Source: an uncultured delta proteobacterium (lineage in GTDB: Bacteria; Desulfobacterota; Desulfomonilia; UBA1062). Taken from it: a stretch of DNA of 64,000 nt. The stretch is from NCBI GenBank assembly GCA_963752595.1, contig CAVVYZ010000001.1, positions 320,001-384,000 on the forward strand, read 5' to 3'. The notes under the pieces are model-generated. The model did not search any database. It was given only the letters and a program-made list of their open reading frames with translations, and was not told the DNA's origin. The position numbers and the translations under genes were made by a program. This document shows positions 61,733-64,000 of this stretch, piece after piece (the first letter of the stretch is position 1; each line of letters opens with the position of its first letter).

Positions 61733-64000
61733 GTGATTAAAGACAGCGAAAAGATCGGCGCAATAATGGTTGTCGGTTCGGGTATCGCAGGAATCCAGGC
61801 ATCACTCGATCTGGCAAATTCGGGCATGAAAGTATATCTCGTTGATAACGGGATCAGCATCGGCGGGGTCATGGCCCAGCTCGACAAGACATTCCCCACG
61901 AACGACTGTTCGGCGTGCATCCTCTCTCCGAAGCTCGTGGAAGTCGGGCGGCATCCCAACGTACAGATCCTCACCCGCCGAACCGTACAGTCTGTGGAGG
62001 GAGAGCCCGGCAAGTTCAAGGTCAAACTCCTCAAGGCCCCCCGGTACGTCGACTTGAGCAAGTGTACGGGCTGCGGCGACTGTGCGAATGTCTGTCCTGT
62101 CACCGTTCCTTCGGACTTCAACGAGAACCTGGGCGACCGCAAGGCGACCTACCGCCACTTCCCCCAGGCCATACCGAGCGGGTTCGCCATCGACAAGATC
62201 GGCACCTCGCCCTGTAAGGCGGCCTGTCCCACGCACATCAGCGTGCAGGGCTATGTTGCCCTGATCCAGACAGGCAAGTACCAGGATGCTCTGAAGCTCA
62301 TCAAGAAAGACAATCCCTTCCCGGCTGTGTGCGGCCGAGTATGCAATCATCCATGCGAGACCGCTTGCCAGCGCGCCAAGGTGGACGAGTCTGTCGACAT
62401 CATGCACCTCAAACGCTTCGTGGCAGACCTCGATCTCAATGCCGAAACCCGCTATGTGCCGGAAGAGAAGGAAAAGAAGGGCAAGACCGTGGGTGTCGTG
62501 GGAGCAGGCCCGGCCGGCTTGACCGCTGCCTACTACCTTGCTGCCGAAGGCTACGATGTCACGGTGTACGAAGCAGCCCCGATCCCCGGCGGCTGGCTCA
62601 CTCTGGGGATCCCGAGTACCGTCTGCCCCGGGACATCATCAAGGCCGAGATCAAGGTCATCGAAGACCTGGGCGTGAAGATCGTCTGCAACACCAAGATC
62701 GGCAAGGACATATCCTTTGAAGATCTGACGCAAGAAGCACGACGCCGTGTTCCTCGGCTGCGGAACCCATATCAGCACCAAGCTCGACATCCCCGGCGAA
62801 GATATGCAGGGCGTCATCCACGGTATCGATTACCTGAAGCGGATGAACCTGGGCGAAAAGATCTTCCTGGGTGACAAGGTTGCGGTCATCGGCGGCGGTA
62901 ACGTTGCCATGGACGCGGTCCGTACGGCAGTCCGTAACGGCTCGAAGGACGTATTCATCCTGTACCGCAGGTCCCGCGCAGAAATGCCTGCTGCAAAAGA
63001 AGAGATCGAAGAGGCCGAGGAAGAAGGAATCAAGATGAACTTCCTGGTCGCCCCGGTGCGCGTTGTGGGCGAGAACGGCAAGGTAACGGGTATCGAGTGC
63101 CAGGCGCATGGAGCTCGGCGAGCCCGATGCATCAGGCAGGCGCCGGCCGGTTCCGGTAAAGGGCTCCGAGTTCATCATCGAGTGCGACTCCATCGTTCCG
63201 GCCATCGGCCAGTCCGCTGATCTCGCGTTCCTGCCCAAGGACAGCGGCATCACCATCAGCAAGTGGCGCACCATCGACGTCGAGCCGTTCACCTTCGCCA
63301 CGGGCATGCCCGGCGTGTTCGCCGGCGGCGATGCCATGACCGGTGCTGCCACCGTGGTCGAGGCGGTCAATGCCGGCAAAGAGGCTGCCATCTCCATCAA
63401 CCGGTACCTCTCGAATGTCGATGTGAAGGAAGGCAGGGTAAAGTACTGGACCAAGGGTCTGGCAGATAAAGACATTACCGGCGTATCCGATGACCTGGGC
63501 GGCGCTGGTCGCTTCCAAACTGCACGTCCGTCTCGCGGAGAAAGACGAGAAGGACTTGAGAGACGTAGTAAAGGCCCCACGGGTTCATATGAAGCATCTC
63601 GACCCCAATGTGCGCAGAACTCACTTCAACGAAGTCATCAACGGCATGAGCGAAGAGGATGCCAAGACAGAGGCCGACCGGTGCTTGAGCTGCGGCATCT
63701 GCTCCGAATGCTACCAGTGCGTGGATGCCTGTATTGCCAAGGCCATCAATCACGACGACACCTACGAGATGGAGACCGTCGAGGTCGGCGCCGTCATCGC
63801 GGCTCCCGGCTTCGAAACCTTTGACGCAGGACTCCGCGGCGAGTACGGTTTCGGTACCTATGCCAACGTGGTCACCTCCATCCAGTTCGAGCGAATCCTC
63901 TCGGCATCCGGTCCGTATTTCGGCCATGTCCAGAGGCTTTCGGACCATAAAGAACCCAAGAAGGTCGCATTCATCCAGTGCGTGGGATCCCGCGACACCA
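61733..64000 (+). CDS. hdrA: HdrA-like (HdrL-type) flavoprotein with an inserted NAD(P)H-binding GltD module; several frameshifts; runs off the window
   Basis: GSGIAG, MAQLDKTFPTNDCSAC, CTGCGDCANVCP, PCKAACP/CGRVCNHPCE, GAGPAG, GGGNVAMD, RCLSCGICSECYQCVDAC, EYGFG, FIQCVGSRD. Confidence 0.85.

Noticed and set aside
61890-61925. Possible selenocysteine in the HdrA TNDCxxC motif
   Set aside because: The codons are TGT and TGC; there is no in-frame TGA.
1-64000. CRISPR arrays, rRNA/tRNA genes, riboswitches, IS elements, prophage genes
   Set aside because: No regularly spaced repeats, RNA-gene signatures, or transposase/phage ORFs were recognised by eye. An Infernal or tRNAscan run would be needed to exclude small RNAs.

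Overview
A 64-kb chromosomal window from a moderately GC-rich anaerobic bacterium. Gene content suggests Deltaproteobacteria/Desulfobacterota (inference). I found no rRNA, tRNA, CRISPR array, transposase or integrase. Contents in order: decayed gene remnants (0.4-1.35 kb); an AraC-regulated lipid/acyl-CoA catabolic operon (SCP2, CoA ligase, acyl-CoA dehydrogenase, SCP2-type thiolase, ferredoxin/GltD/nitroreductase fusion, epimerase, SDR); citrate synthase; MrfA-like helicase and MrfB-like nuclease separated by about 8.7 kb that holds an HMG-CoA-reductase-like + stand-alone DUF2156 gene pair, FeS/flavoproteins and a CHASE4 hybrid kinase; glycogen phosphorylase; ADH-AOR; FprA; several hydrolases; aconitase-gltX-ECF S; an MshEN-PilT fusion with degenerate ATPase motifs; an orphan atpE; a Cache sensor with no output domain; rnfABCDGE-nfnAB; a small FliK/FlhB-like cluster; and an HdrA/HdrL-like gene running off the end. 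Several single-base frameshifts look like consensus errors. The best candidate for an undescribed system is the HMG-CoA reductase-like/DUF2156 operon. Next are the pseudo-ATPase MshEN-PilT fusion, the nitroreductase fusion, and a pair of inverted REP-like elements. All family assignments come from motif recognition by eye; no searches were run.
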